A DNA stretch of 64,000 nucleotides, taken from contig OY969724.1 in the NCBI GenBank assembly GCA_963702205.1, positions 2,400,001-2,464,000 of the forward strand, written 5' to 3'. This document shows positions 38,984 through 48,197 of this stretch, piece after piece. Every line of letters starts with the position of its first letter. The stretch's first letter is position 1. Source of the stretch: an uncultured candidate division Zixibacteria bacterium. Its GTDB lineage: Bacteria; Zixibacteria; MSB-5A5; GN15; PGXB01. Below the pieces are notes generated by a model. It was given only the letters and a program-made list of their open reading frames with translations, was not told the DNA's origin and did not search any database. A program made the translations under genes and the position numbers.

Positions 38984-39544
38984 ATGATATCTACCAGTGA
39001 CTTCAGACGCGGCCTGCGACTTATGTATGAAGGAAGCCCGTGGTTTATAGTCGAGTTCCAGCATGTCAAGATGGGTCGCGGGCGTCCGCATGTCAAAACG
39101 AAAATGAAAAATCTACTGACCGGCAATATAGTCGAGAAGTCGTTTCTGACGACCGAGTCGTTCGATGTTCCCGACGTCGAAAACCGGGATATGCAGTTTC
39201 TGTATGAACAAAATGGCGAATTCGTTTTCATGGATTCCAGGACCTTCGACCAGATAATGGTGACGGCCGAGACGCTCGGTGATTCCCGCTGGTATCTTAT
39301 GGAGAATCACGAATATAATGTCCTGTTGTATGAAGGGCGGGCTCTCTCGCTGGATCTTCCGGCATCGGTCATTCTCGAAGTCATCGAAGCCGAACCGGCG
39401 GTTAAGGGTGATTCTGTCTCCAATATCATGAAGCCGGCCAAAGTCGAGACGGGGCTCGAAATCAAGGTGCCCCTGTTTGTCAAAGAGGGCGACAAGGTAA
39501 AAGTCGACACGCGCACCGGTGAGTATATTGAGCGAGCCAATTAG
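38984..39544 (+). CDS. efp: Elongation factor P
   Basis: HVKMGRG loop, EPAVKGD, VPLFV, KVDTRTGEY; GGAGG RBS. Confidence 0.97.
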   Translation: MISTSDFRRGLRLMYEGSPWFIVEFQHVKMGRGRPHVKTKMKNLLTGNIVEKSFLTTESFDVPDVENRDMQFLYEQNGEFVFMDSRTFDQIMVTAETLGDSRWYLMENHEYNVLLYEGRALSLDLPASVILEVIEAEPAVKGDSVSNIMKPAKVETGLEIKVPLFVKEGDKVKVDTRTGEYIERAN

Positions 39545-39555
39545 TATCGGTCAGG

Positions 39556-40185
39556 ATAAAGCCGGTACTCGGTATCGACGAATCCGGCAAGGGTGATTTT
39601 TTCGGACCGCTGGTTGTGGCCGGGGTTCTGGCTGACGGCCCGGCGGCGAGAAAGCTGGCGGATATCGGCGCCCGCGATTCCAAGAAAATCAGTGACGGCA
39701 GAATCAAAGAGCTGGCGGCGTATATCAAAGGAAATATGCCTTATTCCATCGTGCTGATCGGGCCGGAGAAGTACAATCAGCTTTACTCCAGAATCCGCAA
39801 TTTGAACAAACTCCTGGCGTGGGGGCACAGCCGGGTTATCGAAAATGTCGCGGAAAAGAACAAGATTGACACGGCGATCTCGGACAAATTCAGCAAACAC
39901 GACCGTGTCGGCGAGGCTCTTATGAGTCGGGGCAAAGAAATCCATCTGATACAGGAAGTGCGGGCCGAAGCGAATCTCCCGGTAGCCGCCGCCTCGATTT
40001 TGGCGCGCGCCGCGTTCGTGGAACATATTAAGAAACTGTCGGAGCAATATGAATGCCGTCTGCCGCTGGGCGCCGGGGCGCCGGTGGATAAAGCCGCCAG
40101 AGAAATTGTCGCAAAGTTCGGCCCCGACATTCTGACCAGGATTTCCAAAGTACATTTCAAAAATTATCAGCGGGCGATTGGCTGA
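39556..40185 (+). CDS. rnhC: Ribonuclease HIII-like, catalytic domain only; start codon uncertain
   Basis: In-frame upstream extension GIDESGKGDFFGPLVV; RDSKK, VAAASILAR, LPLGAG, KVHFKN. Confidence 0.75.
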   Translation: MKPVLGIDESGKGDFFGPLVVAGVLADGPAARKLADIGARDSKKISDGRIKELAAYIKGNMPYSIVLIGPEKYNQLYSRIRNLNKLLAWGHSRVIENVAEKNKIDTAISDKFSKHDRVGEALMSRGKEIHLIQEVRAEANLPVAAASILARAAFVEHIKKLSEQYECRLPLGAGAPVDKAAREIVAKFGPDILTRISKVHFKNYQRAIG

Positions 40186-40231
40186 GCAGGATTTTGGGAG
40201 ACGCCCGGTCTCCTGGCTTGCTTGTTCCGTA

Positions 40232-40435
40232 ATCTAATGGGTGCCTCTGCCGTCCAGCTGTTCTGTTACCCATGTCCCGGAAAGTACAAAAAAATCAGGC
40301 TCACCCACCCGTTGGGTGGGCTACAAGATTTTATCTAATGGGTGCCTCTGCCGTCCAGCTGTTCTGTTACCCATGTCCCGGAAAGTACATAAAATCAGGC
40401 TCACCCACCCGTTGGGTGGCTACAAGATTTTATCT
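40232..40435 (+). repeat. About 101-bp direct repeat (2 copies) containing a GTAG-type REP
   Basis: Units at 40232 and 40333; CCCACCCGTTGGGTGG(G)CTACAAGATTT matches the palindrome seen at 22654-24484. Confidence 0.92.
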
Positions 40436-40559
40436 TCGGCAGGGCTCAGGATCATCGACAAGTCGGCTCATCCAGATTTCATCGAGACGTAAGACCTGAC
40501 GGAACGTAAGAAATGCGGCCGGGAAATGGTTCCCGACGGCGCATAATGTGTAGTTAAAA

Positions 40560-40724
40560 CCCGGTGGGTCTGAGGACCCACCGGGCACATCGTACGAAAC
40601 CACATGCCAGCAAACGAGGGCGTCGGCCGGTCACAAAATAAGATGAAGATGTCAGGAGCGCCCTTCATTTCATTCACTTCGCAAACTCAGTGCAGGCAGG
40701 ACCTTCGGCTGGGCTCCTGACCCA
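40560..40724. repeat. Additional REP-like palindromes
   Basis: CCCGGTGGGTC-TGAG-GACCCACCGGG-CAC, and GTCAGGAGC...GCTCCTGAC with an expanded loop. Confidence 0.65.
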
Positions 40725-40796
40725 TAAAACTATCGGCAGTAAATGCATGTTCACAATCCATAGAAGCGTTGTCACCAAATTTGCATTGTTCGTTCG

Positions 40797-41597
40797 TTAG
40801 AACATGTAGTCGGCCAGCTGTCCGACCAGTTCACCGCCGGGATAGTTTTCCCAGACATTAAGTTCGTACTTAACCAATCCGACCGACGGTGCATACCAGT
40901 AGCGATTGGTCAGAGAACCACTGTGGCTTTCGATAAGGAGGCAGTTGTTATACGTGCTGCCGTTGGCCAGCTCCACGCTGGAGGCGGTGCTGCGTATTTT
41001 AAGAGTATTGATATTGTCGACCGGCAGAGGTGTACTGTAAGACGGATTATTTTCGTCGGCGTTACCGTCATCGTAATCCTTGGTGCCGCTGTCGCCGCCA
41101 TCATCGCCGGTTTCCAGGCCGTACTTATCATACGATCCGACAATAAGGGTATCGAGAAAGCTGTAGTCGTAGTCCCGGGCCTGCTCGTCGGTTAACCCGT
41201 CGATGCGATCCCAGGTACGTCCGGCTATGAACGGCGCTTCGATGATTTTCTCGGCCGCACTGTTGGGCGTGAAATAATAGATGGCGTCGCCGTCGGCGTA
41301 GATATATCCCTGCTCGATCAGCTGACCGGTGACGGGATCAAAGGACTGCCAGGGGAACGACCAGTGTCCACCGAGGTAGACGGGATCACCGATCGAGAGC
41401 CTCTGGAGGGCCTGGTTATCGTTGATGTTGTCGGTCAGGACGTAATCGTGGCTGGTGCCCGGCTGAATCGGGAAATACGCCAGGGCTTCCGAATCCGGCA
41501 GATAAGAATCGACCGAGGAATCAGAGCAGCCGATCACGATAGCCATCAATATAAATCCGAGAATTATAGCATAGTGATTACGCAGGCTTTGCAGCAT
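40797..41597 (-). CDS. Hypothetical lipoprotein
   Basis: GGAGG RBS; lipobox VIGC; YFPIQPG...YWYAPSVGLVK. Confidence 0.75.
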   Translation of the reverse strand: MLQSLRNHYAIILGFILMAIVIGCSDSSVDSYLPDSEALAYFPIQPGTSHDYVLTDNINDNQALQRLSIGDPVYLGGHWSFPWQSFDPVTGQLIEQGYIYADGDAIYYFTPNSAAEKIIEAPFIAGRTWDRIDGLTDEQARDYDYSFLDTLIVGSYDKYGLETGDDGGDSGTKDYDDGNADENNPSYSTPLPVDNINTLKIRSTASSVELANGSTYNNCLLIESHSGSLTNRYWYAPSVGLVKYELNVWENYPGGELVGQLADYMF

Positions 41598-41675
41598 TTT
41601 ACCTCCCCCTCGCTCACGGCGAGAATCATTACTTTGTTAGAATTGTCCGTTTTCGATTCGATGCTCTAAATGGGG

Positions 41676-41720
41676 GCAATGCTCGTGCCGGGTGTTTTGA
41701 GATAGTATAAGTTATTGTTA
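41676..41720 (-). promoter_or_regulatory. sigma54 promoter with IHF-like site
   Basis: Minus strand CGGCAC-GAGCA-TTGC at 41690..41676; TAACAATAACTTA at 41720..41708. Confidence 0.75.
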
Positions 41721-41912
41721 TGCTGGTGGATACGCCTCTAACCGAGCCGGCCTAATGAAGCAAAATCGAATAAATTATGGGACGATTCCTATGATTATTG
41801 GGTTTTTCCAATGGGTATCGAAGGTTAACGACTGACCGAAATGTGCCGAAAATTAAATATAAAGAGCTAAACATTCTCCCGCAGGGGATAAAATACAAAT
41901 CGGAGAATAATC

Positions 41913-43925
41913 GTGTCTAAATTCGTCCTTGATTTGTTCTTTGCCTCGACGTTTGCCGTCCTGTTGTTGATATTGCTGCGCACCAGGAATAAACTGTTTA
42001 CGGAAAACCGGTCGAGTTTCAATTATTCGGTGACCGGCCTTCTGGCTTTGTTTTTCGTGTCGATCATCCAATTGAGCGCCAACCAGCGGCTGTTCGGGGC
42101 AGTGCCGTTTTTATCGGAGCCGATGTATGCTGAAATGGTTCAGATTATCGGAATCATATCGGGTATCACGCTGCTGGTGGCCGGCGCCTCAATGTGGATA
42201 CCGAGCAGAAAAAAGAATAAAAGCGCCGATGTTGAGCCCAATACGGCCGCGGATATTGCCTGGCGAATTAAGCTGGAGGTCGTCAGATCGAAACAACCGG
42301 ACTTTATATTCGATGAACTTCCGGTCAGCATAATGCAGGCTTTCGGTTTCGATGGGTTTGCAGTCCTGAAATATTCCAGTCGGTCCCGAAAAGTTTATCT
42401 GGCCAATCACAGCGGCATCAGGCCGGAGTATTATGACCAGATTATGAAGTCCATTAAGAGCCGCAAGGATCAGGCGGAGATTTTCGGCTGCGTTTGCCGT
42501 CTCGGTCACCCGGCCGCCGAAGTGCCGGTCCGCGTCCAGGTCCGACAGGCAGCAGGGATATATTTCTGGAAAACCAGTATCGACAAAGCCAGTGAGTCGG
42601 ACCAGATTGCTTTAAACCGGATTTCGGAAATGGTATCATCTCATTTTGGTGCACATTTTCAAAAAATTAAATCCGAATATTACGAAACAAGCTGGCGTCA
42701 TTATTTTCAGGCGGTGGATATTCTCCGCGGCAAGGGGTCGCTTAAAGGCCGGATGCAGCTTCTGTCGCAGCTGTTTCATCAGGCGGTCGGCAGCGAATAT
42801 TTCTCGCTGGCGGTAATGCTCAACGGCCGGGAAAATATTCGCCAGTATACGTGTGGTCTCAACGGCAACACGCTTCTCGACGGACATTCCAATCCGATCC
42901 GTCAAAGCGCATATTTCGGTCAGGTCATAGACTCGGGCGCGGGGATAATTGTCCACGATGCGACGAAGTCGGAGCTGGTTTCCAATGAATCGTTGATTGT
43001 CGAATGCGGTCAAAACAGCCTTATAGCGATACCATTGTTCAGTATGGGGCGGACACTGGGGATCCTGACGCTGGGTCACAAACGGGCCGGATATTTCAAT
43101 CACCGGCGGTTGCTGCGGGCCGAAATGCTGGCCTCAGCATTGACCCCCGCGGTGGAGAAAGAGCTGGGGCAGGCCGCTGTCGAGGGACGCGAGAGATATT
43201 TGAGTGCCCTTCTGACTTTCGACCGCGACAGCGAGAATATACAAAACGTCGATCAACTGCTGAATCGGGCGGCGGAAATTATAGAGAAAAGCCTTTCGAC
43301 CACGATGGTTCGAATTGTCACATTGGGATCGGACAACATCAGCCTGTCCACGAAGGCGCTGCACACGGTTCGTCCGTTTGACCGGGGAGAAGTCGATTCG
43401 GTTAATTTGTCGTCCAAAACGACGTTCTGGCATCACCTGGCGGCTCACGAGCAGAGGCCGATGCTTATCAATCAGGAAGACGCCGAAACCCGCATGAATA
43501 AAAATGAAGCCGGTGCTCTGGTGTTCGATACGGTGCGCTCGGCGCTGATAGTCCCGATTACGATCAACGGGCTGACTTTCGGACTGATCACGCTGGGTGA
43601 AGAGCGTAACTGGCAGAGATATTCCTACGATGCCGCGGCGATCAATTTCGTACGGGAGATGGCGGCTCGTCTGGGTATGGCGGTCAAGCTGCTCAAGTTC
43701 AGTCAGGCGCTGATAACGGACCGCGGGGTTGGACGCATTGCGGAAAGTACCGAAGGACGTAAGCATCTGATTAATCGGCTGAAATCACCGGCGAGCACGA
43801 TACGCGGGTCTCTCGATTTGCTGAAACGTGGTGAGGGTCTGGACGCTGATCGGTCGGGTCGACTGATGTCGATGATGGATGAATCGACCGAAAGGATTAT
43901 GGCATTGTTGAACGAAGGCGAATAA
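41913..43925 (+). CDS. Membrane-anchored multi-GAF protein with degenerate HisKA-like tail
   Basis: Three N-terminal TM helices; GAF motifs SLIAIPL...LGILTLG and SALIVPI...FGLITLG; tail RLKSPASTIRGSLDLL. Confidence 0.72.
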   Translation: MSKFVLDLFFASTFAVLLLILLRTRNKLFTENRSSFNYSVTGLLALFFVSIIQLSANQRLFGAVPFLSEPMYAEMVQIIGIISGITLLVAGASMWIPSRKKNKSADVEPNTAADIAWRIKLEVVRSKQPDFIFDELPVSIMQAFGFDGFAVLKYSSRSRKVYLANHSGIRPEYYDQIMKSIKSRKDQAEIFGCVCRLGHPAAEVPVRVQVRQAAGIYFWKTSIDKASESDQIALNRISEMVSSHFGAHFQKIKSEYYETSWRHYFQAVDILRGKGSLKGRMQLLSQLFHQAVGSEYFSLAVMLNGRENIRQYTCGLNGNTLLDGHSNPIRQSAYFGQVIDSGAGIIVHDATKSELVSNESLIVECGQNSLIAIPLFSMGRTLGILTLGHKRAGYFNHRRLLRAEMLASALTPAVEKELGQAAVEGRERYLSALLTFDRDSENIQNVDQLLNRAAEIIEKSLSTTMVRIVTLGSDNISLSTKALHTVRPFDRGEVDSVNLSSKTTFWHHLAAHEQRPMLINQEDAETRMNKNEAGALVFDTVRSALIVPITINGLTFGLITLGEERNWQRYSYDAAAINFVREMAARLGMAVKLLKFSQALITDRGVGRIAESTEGRKHLINRLKSPASTIRGSLDLLKRGEGLDADRSGRLMSMMDESTERIMALLNEGE

Positions 43926-44015
43926 CACGTTCCGTTGATTTTAGGGCTTCACGGCACAATTTAAACGCAGGCGATAAAGCGCTTGCGTTTTTATTTACAG
44001 GTCATATATTGCGGC

Positions 44016-44134
44016 AGATTCTTCGGGGTGGGGTGAAAATCCCCGACCGGCGGTGACAGGCCGCGAGCCGGCTTCGGCTGGCAGAACCGGTGAAATTCCG
44101 GTCCCGACGGTATAGTCCGGATGGGAGAAGGATT
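44016..44134 (+). ncRNA. FMN riboswitch (RFN element)
   Basis: TTCGGGGTGGGGTGAAAATCCCCGACCGGCGGT...CCGCGAG...CCGGTGAAATTCCGG..CCGACGGTATAGTCCGGATGGGAGAAG upstream of ribD. Confidence 0.96.
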
Positions 44135-44171
44135 CTGATTAGCTATTTTTATAGCTATATCCGGTTTGTAC

Positions 44172-44195
44172 ACCCCGAAAAGACGGGGTTTTTTT
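44172..44195 (+). terminator. Riboswitch expression-platform terminator
   Basis: ACCCCG-N6-CGGGGT plus T run ending directly at the ribD ATG. Confidence 0.75.
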
Positions 44196-45281
44196 ATGGA
44201 CCGCGATATTGACAGGAAATTCATGAGACTGGCCCTCGACCTGGCCCAAAAGGCCGAGGGGTATACGTCGCCCAACCCGATGGTCGGAGCGGTTGTAGTC
44301 AAGAATGGTCGCGTAATCGGACAGGGATATCACCGCCGGGTTGGCTCGCCGCATGCCGAAATAGAAGCCCTCAAGAATGCCCCTGGGAGCGTCAAGGGCG
44401 CGACATTGTATGTTACGCTGGAGCCGTGCTGCCACCGGGGCCGAACCGGCCCGTGCGCGCCGGAAATTATCGAAGCCGGGATTAGGCGGGTGGTTTATGC
44501 CATGAAGGACCCCAATCCGTTGGTAGCGGGCAAAGGGGCGGTGATGCTCCGCAAGGGGGGGCTTGAAGTTAGAAGTGGCGTCTTGAAATCTGAGGCGGCG
44601 CGCCTCAATGAAAAATACCTGAAATTCATGCAGACCGGGCGGCCGTTTGTGAGCCTTAAGCTGGCACTAACGATGGATGGTCGTATCGCCACGAGATCGG
44701 GTGATTCCAAGTGGATTACAAGCCCGAGGTCGCGCAAGCTGGTGCATAAGCTTCGCGCTTCCCACGACGCGGTTGTGGTCGGAGCTCAGACGGTCCGGGC
44801 GGACAATCCGAGCCTTACAGTGCGCCTGGTCAAAGGCAGGAATCCATATCGAATTGTTATTACGTCGAAATTCAATATTTCCCGCAAAAGCCGGATTTTC
44901 GACGAAAACGATGATGCTCATACGATTGTAGCCGTCCCGGAAAAGTCGTCGATTAAGGCCAATTACAAGAACCCGACCATCTGGTCAGTTAAGAAAACCA
45001 GAGACGGGATTTCATTGTTGGATTTTGTGGAGAAGGCCGGGGCTTTCGGGATTACGTCGCTTCTGGTCGAAGGGGGCGGCCGTCTGGCGTCGGAATTTCT
45101 GAAAGCAAGACTGGTGGATAAAGTTTATTTATTTACGGCCCCTAAAATTATCGGCCGGGGGATTGAAGCTGTGGATGATCTGGGCATAAAGAAAATCGAA
45201 AAGGCCGTGACGTTTCGAAACGGGGTTTTTGAAATGGTGGGCCCGGACGTGCTGTTTACCGGGTACCCGGAGTATAAGTGA
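44196..45281 (+). CDS. ribD: Riboflavin biosynthesis deaminase/reductase
   Basis: TSPNPMVGA, HAE, TLEPCCH...PC, SKWIT, VEGG. Confidence 0.97.
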   Translation: MDRDIDRKFMRLALDLAQKAEGYTSPNPMVGAVVVKNGRVIGQGYHRRVGSPHAEIEALKNAPGSVKGATLYVTLEPCCHRGRTGPCAPEIIEAGIRRVVYAMKDPNPLVAGKGAVMLRKGGLEVRSGVLKSEAARLNEKYLKFMQTGRPFVSLKLALTMDGRIATRSGDSKWITSPRSRKLVHKLRASHDAVVVGAQTVRADNPSLTVRLVKGRNPYRIVITSKFNISRKSRIFDENDDAHTIVAVPEKSSIKANYKNPTIWSVKKTRDGISLLDFVEKAGAFGITSLLVEGGGRLASEFLKARLVDKVYLFTAPKIIGRGIEAVDDLGIKKIEKAVTFRNGVFEMVGPDVLFTGYPEYK

Positions 45282-45282
45282 T

Positions 45283-45918
45283 ATGTTTACCGGAATAATA
45301 GAAACGGTCGGGACGATTAAGAAGCCGGGGAACAAAGGCAATTACCGACTGCTTACGGTCGAGCCGGAGAAGCCTTTCAATGATGTCCAGATTGGGGAAT
45401 CGATTGCGGTGGACGGGTGCTGTCTTACGGTTACTAATTTCGACAAAAGAGCATTTACGGTCGAGGCATCACAGGAGACGTTGGCGACTGCGATTGTGGG
45501 GGACTACAAAACCGGGACAAAGGTAAACTTGGAGCGAGCACTTCTTCCGACCGGCCGCCTGGGCGGGCACATCGTATCCGGGCATATTGATTGTATAGCG
45601 AATATATTAAATACAAATAGAATAGGGGAGTCACTTGAAGTAATAGTTGATTATCCGAAAGAGTTCGAGATGTTTCTTGTATCCAAGGGGTCGATTGCGA
45701 TCAACGGTATCAGTCTGACTATTAATCGGGTCGATGAAAAAGGCTTCTCGGTCAACCTGATACCGCACACGCAGGGGGAGACGTCGCCGGATACATTCAA
45801 AAAGAAAAATAAAGTAAATCTGGAGTTTGATATACTCGGCAAATATGTATATCGGCTTCGGAGTTTAAAACCGACCGCCGGTCTGACTCTTGACAAACTT
45901 TCCGAGAGCGGCTGGTAA
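45283..45918 (+). CDS. ribE: Riboflavin synthase
   Basis: [39 protein letters not shown]. Confidence 0.96.
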   Translation: MFTGIIETVGTIKKPGNKGNYRLLTVEPEKPFNDVQIGESIAVDGCCLTVTNFDKRAFTVEASQETLATAIVGDYKTGTKVNLERALLPTGRLGGHIVSGHIDCIANILNTNRIGESLEVIVDYPKEFEMFLVSKGSIAINGISLTINRVDEKGFSVNLIPHTQGETSPDTFKKKNKVNLEFDILGKYVYRLRSLKPTAGLTLDKLSESGW

Positions 45919-45935
45919 TAAAAGAGTGATGTAAC

Positions 45936-47144
45936 ATGATACAATTTGACAGAATATCATCGGCTATCGAGGACATCCGTGAAGGCAAAATGGTGATTGT
46001 CGTCGATGATGAGGACCGCGAAAACGAAGGCGACCTTATCATGGCGGCGGAGAAAGTCACGCCCGAGGCGATCAATTTCATGGCCAAGTACGGCCGAGGG
46101 CTGATCTGTGCGGCGCTCAACAAACAGCGGCTGGATGAACTTCAGTTGTTTCCAATGGCCGCGGATAACACCTCGAAGTATGGCACCAGGTTCACCGTAT
46201 CGGTCGACGCCTATCACGGCACGACGACCGGCATATCGGCCGCCGACCGGGCCAGGACGGTTTTGGTGCTGGCCGATGAAAACTCGGTCCCACAGGATTT
46301 GAGTCGTCCGGGGCATATTTTCCCGATTCAGGCGGTGGGTGGTGGTGTTTTACGTAGAGCGGGCCACACGGAGACCTCGGTCGATCTGGCTCGTCTGGCC
46401 GGATTCAAACCCGCCGGTGTTCTGTGCGAGATAATGGACGACGACGGGACGATGGCTCGGGTGCCGCGCCTGTATGAAATGGCCCAGGAATTCGGGCTGA
46501 GGCTGATAACGGTCAAGGATTTGATCGAATATCGCCGCCGGACCGAAAAGCACGTCATGAAGCTCAGCGAGGTCGATTTCCCGACCAAATTCGGACATTT
46601 TAAACTGTTTCTATATGGCAACGATCTGGATGAAAAAAATCACCTGGCGTTGGTCAAAGGTGACGTCAAGAAGCAGGAAAACGTGCTGGTGCGGGTGCAT
46701 TCGGAATGTTTGACGGGCGACGTTTTCGGCTCCCAGCGATGCGATTGCGGGTCGCAGCTGCACCGGGCGATGGAGATGATAGAAAAAGAGGGGCGCGGCG
46801 TGCTGCTTTATATGCGGCAGGAGGGCCGGGGGATCGGCCTGACCAACAAGATCAAAGCCTACGCCCTTCAGGACTGCGGGAGAGATACGGTCGAGGCCAA
46901 TGAAGAGCTCGGGTTCGCGGCGGATTTGCGGGATTATGGAATCGGAGCGCAGATCCTGGCCGACCTCGGTCTGACTTCAATTCGGCTGTTGACCAATAAT
47001 CCTCGCAAGATTGTCGGGCTCGACGGTCACGGTTTGACAGTCGCCGAGCGGGTGCCGATTTTGTGCGAAACGAATAAGTACAATACGAAATATTTAAGAA
47101 CAAAAAGGGACAAGCTGGGGCATTTTTTGTCCAGCACAATATAG
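45936..47144 (+). CDS. ribBA: DHBP synthase / GTP cyclohydrolase II
   Basis: [41 protein letters not shown]. Confidence 0.98.
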   Translation: MIQFDRISSAIEDIREGKMVIVVDDEDRENEGDLIMAAEKVTPEAINFMAKYGRGLICAALNKQRLDELQLFPMAADNTSKYGTRFTVSVDAYHGTTTGISAADRARTVLVLADENSVPQDLSRPGHIFPIQAVGGGVLRRAGHTETSVDLARLAGFKPAGVLCEIMDDDGTMARVPRLYEMAQEFGLRLITVKDLIEYRRRTEKHVMKLSEVDFPTKFGHFKLFLYGNDLDEKNHLALVKGDVKKQENVLVRVHSECLTGDVFGSQRCDCGSQLHRAMEMIEKEGRGVLLYMRQEGRGIGLTNKIKAYALQDCGRDTVEANEELGFAADLRDYGIGAQILADLGLTSIRLLTNNPRKIVGLDGHGLTVAERVPILCETNKYNTKYLRTKRDKLGHFLSSTI

Positions 47145-47153
47145 GTGAATGAT

Positions 47154-47630
47154 ATGAAATATAATGAAATCATCGGAAAGCTCGATGCCTCCGGGCTCAA
47201 GTTCGGGCTGGTGGTGAGCCGTTTCAATGAGCTGTTGACGTCGAAGCTTTTGGAAGGGGCGGTCGACTGCCTGGTTCGACATAAGGCGGACGAGAAAAAT
47301 ATCACGGTGGCGCGGGTGCCCGGTTCTTTTGAAATACCGTATGCTGCCTCTCACATGATAAATTCCGGAAAATTCGATGGAGTTATCTGTCTGGGAGCGG
47401 TAGTGCGCGGGGATACGCCGCATTTCGATTATATCGCGGCCGAGGTCTCCAAAGGCATTGCCAAACTGGCCCTGGACAGCGGAAAACCGGTAATTTACGG
47501 TATAATTACTGCCGATACACTGGAACAGGCAATAGAACGGGCGGGAACCAAGGCCGGCAACAAAGGCTGGGACGCCGCCATGGCCGCCATTGAAATGGTC
47601 AACCTTTATAAGAATATAGAGAAATCATGA
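47154..47630 (+). CDS. ribH: Lumazine synthase
   Basis: [35 protein letters not shown]. Confidence 0.98.
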   Translation: MKYNEIIGKLDASGLKFGLVVSRFNELLTSKLLEGAVDCLVRHKADEKNITVARVPGSFEIPYAASHMINSGKFDGVICLGAVVRGDTPHFDYIAAEVSKGIAKLALDSGKPVIYGIITADTLEQAIERAGTKAGNKGWDAAMAAIEMVNLYKNIEKS

Positions 47631-48046
47631 GCAATCGCCATCGTGCGCGGGAATTCGTGCTGAAAGCTTTGTATGCTCTCGAACAAAGCGACAGCGAGGA
47701 ACACCCGGATGTATTTCAGACCCTGACGGCGAACAGCGGTCTCGATAAAAGGACTTTCGAGTTCGCCAAAGCGTTGTTCAAGTATACGTCCGAAAACGTC
47801 ACGGAAATTGACGTCTTTATTCAAAGCCTCGCCTCCAACTGGGATTTGAATCGTATGGCGGTGGTGGATAAAAATATTCTGAGAATGGCTATCGCCGAGG
47901 TGGAATATATGCCCGACGTGCCGGTGAAAGTGGCGATCAATGAGGCGATCGAGCTGGCCAAAAAATACAGTACCATGGAGTCGGCCGCATTCGTGAACGG
48001 CATTCTGGACACGGTCCTTCATAAGGTGGAGGAAAACAGGGATTAA
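47627..48046 (+). CDS. nusB: Transcription antitermination factor NusB
   Basis: [30 protein letters not shown]. Confidence 0.97.
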   Translation: MSNRHRAREFVLKALYALEQSDSEEHPDVFQTLTANSGLDKRTFEFAKALFKYTSENVTEIDVFIQSLASNWDLNRMAVVDKNILRMAIAEVEYMPDVPVKVAINEAIELAKKYSTMESAAFVNGILDTVLHKVEENRD

Positions 48047-48197
48047 GACGGACAGGGCTATTGAATTCCGAAAATAGAGCAGGCGTGGCGATTGCGCCGC
48101 GCCGACTTCGAGCATTTTCGTAGTGGACATATCTCTAAAAATGGTTATATTGGCAAGTCTTAAGTGTATAAGAGCTTAGAGCCCGGCATGACTTATT

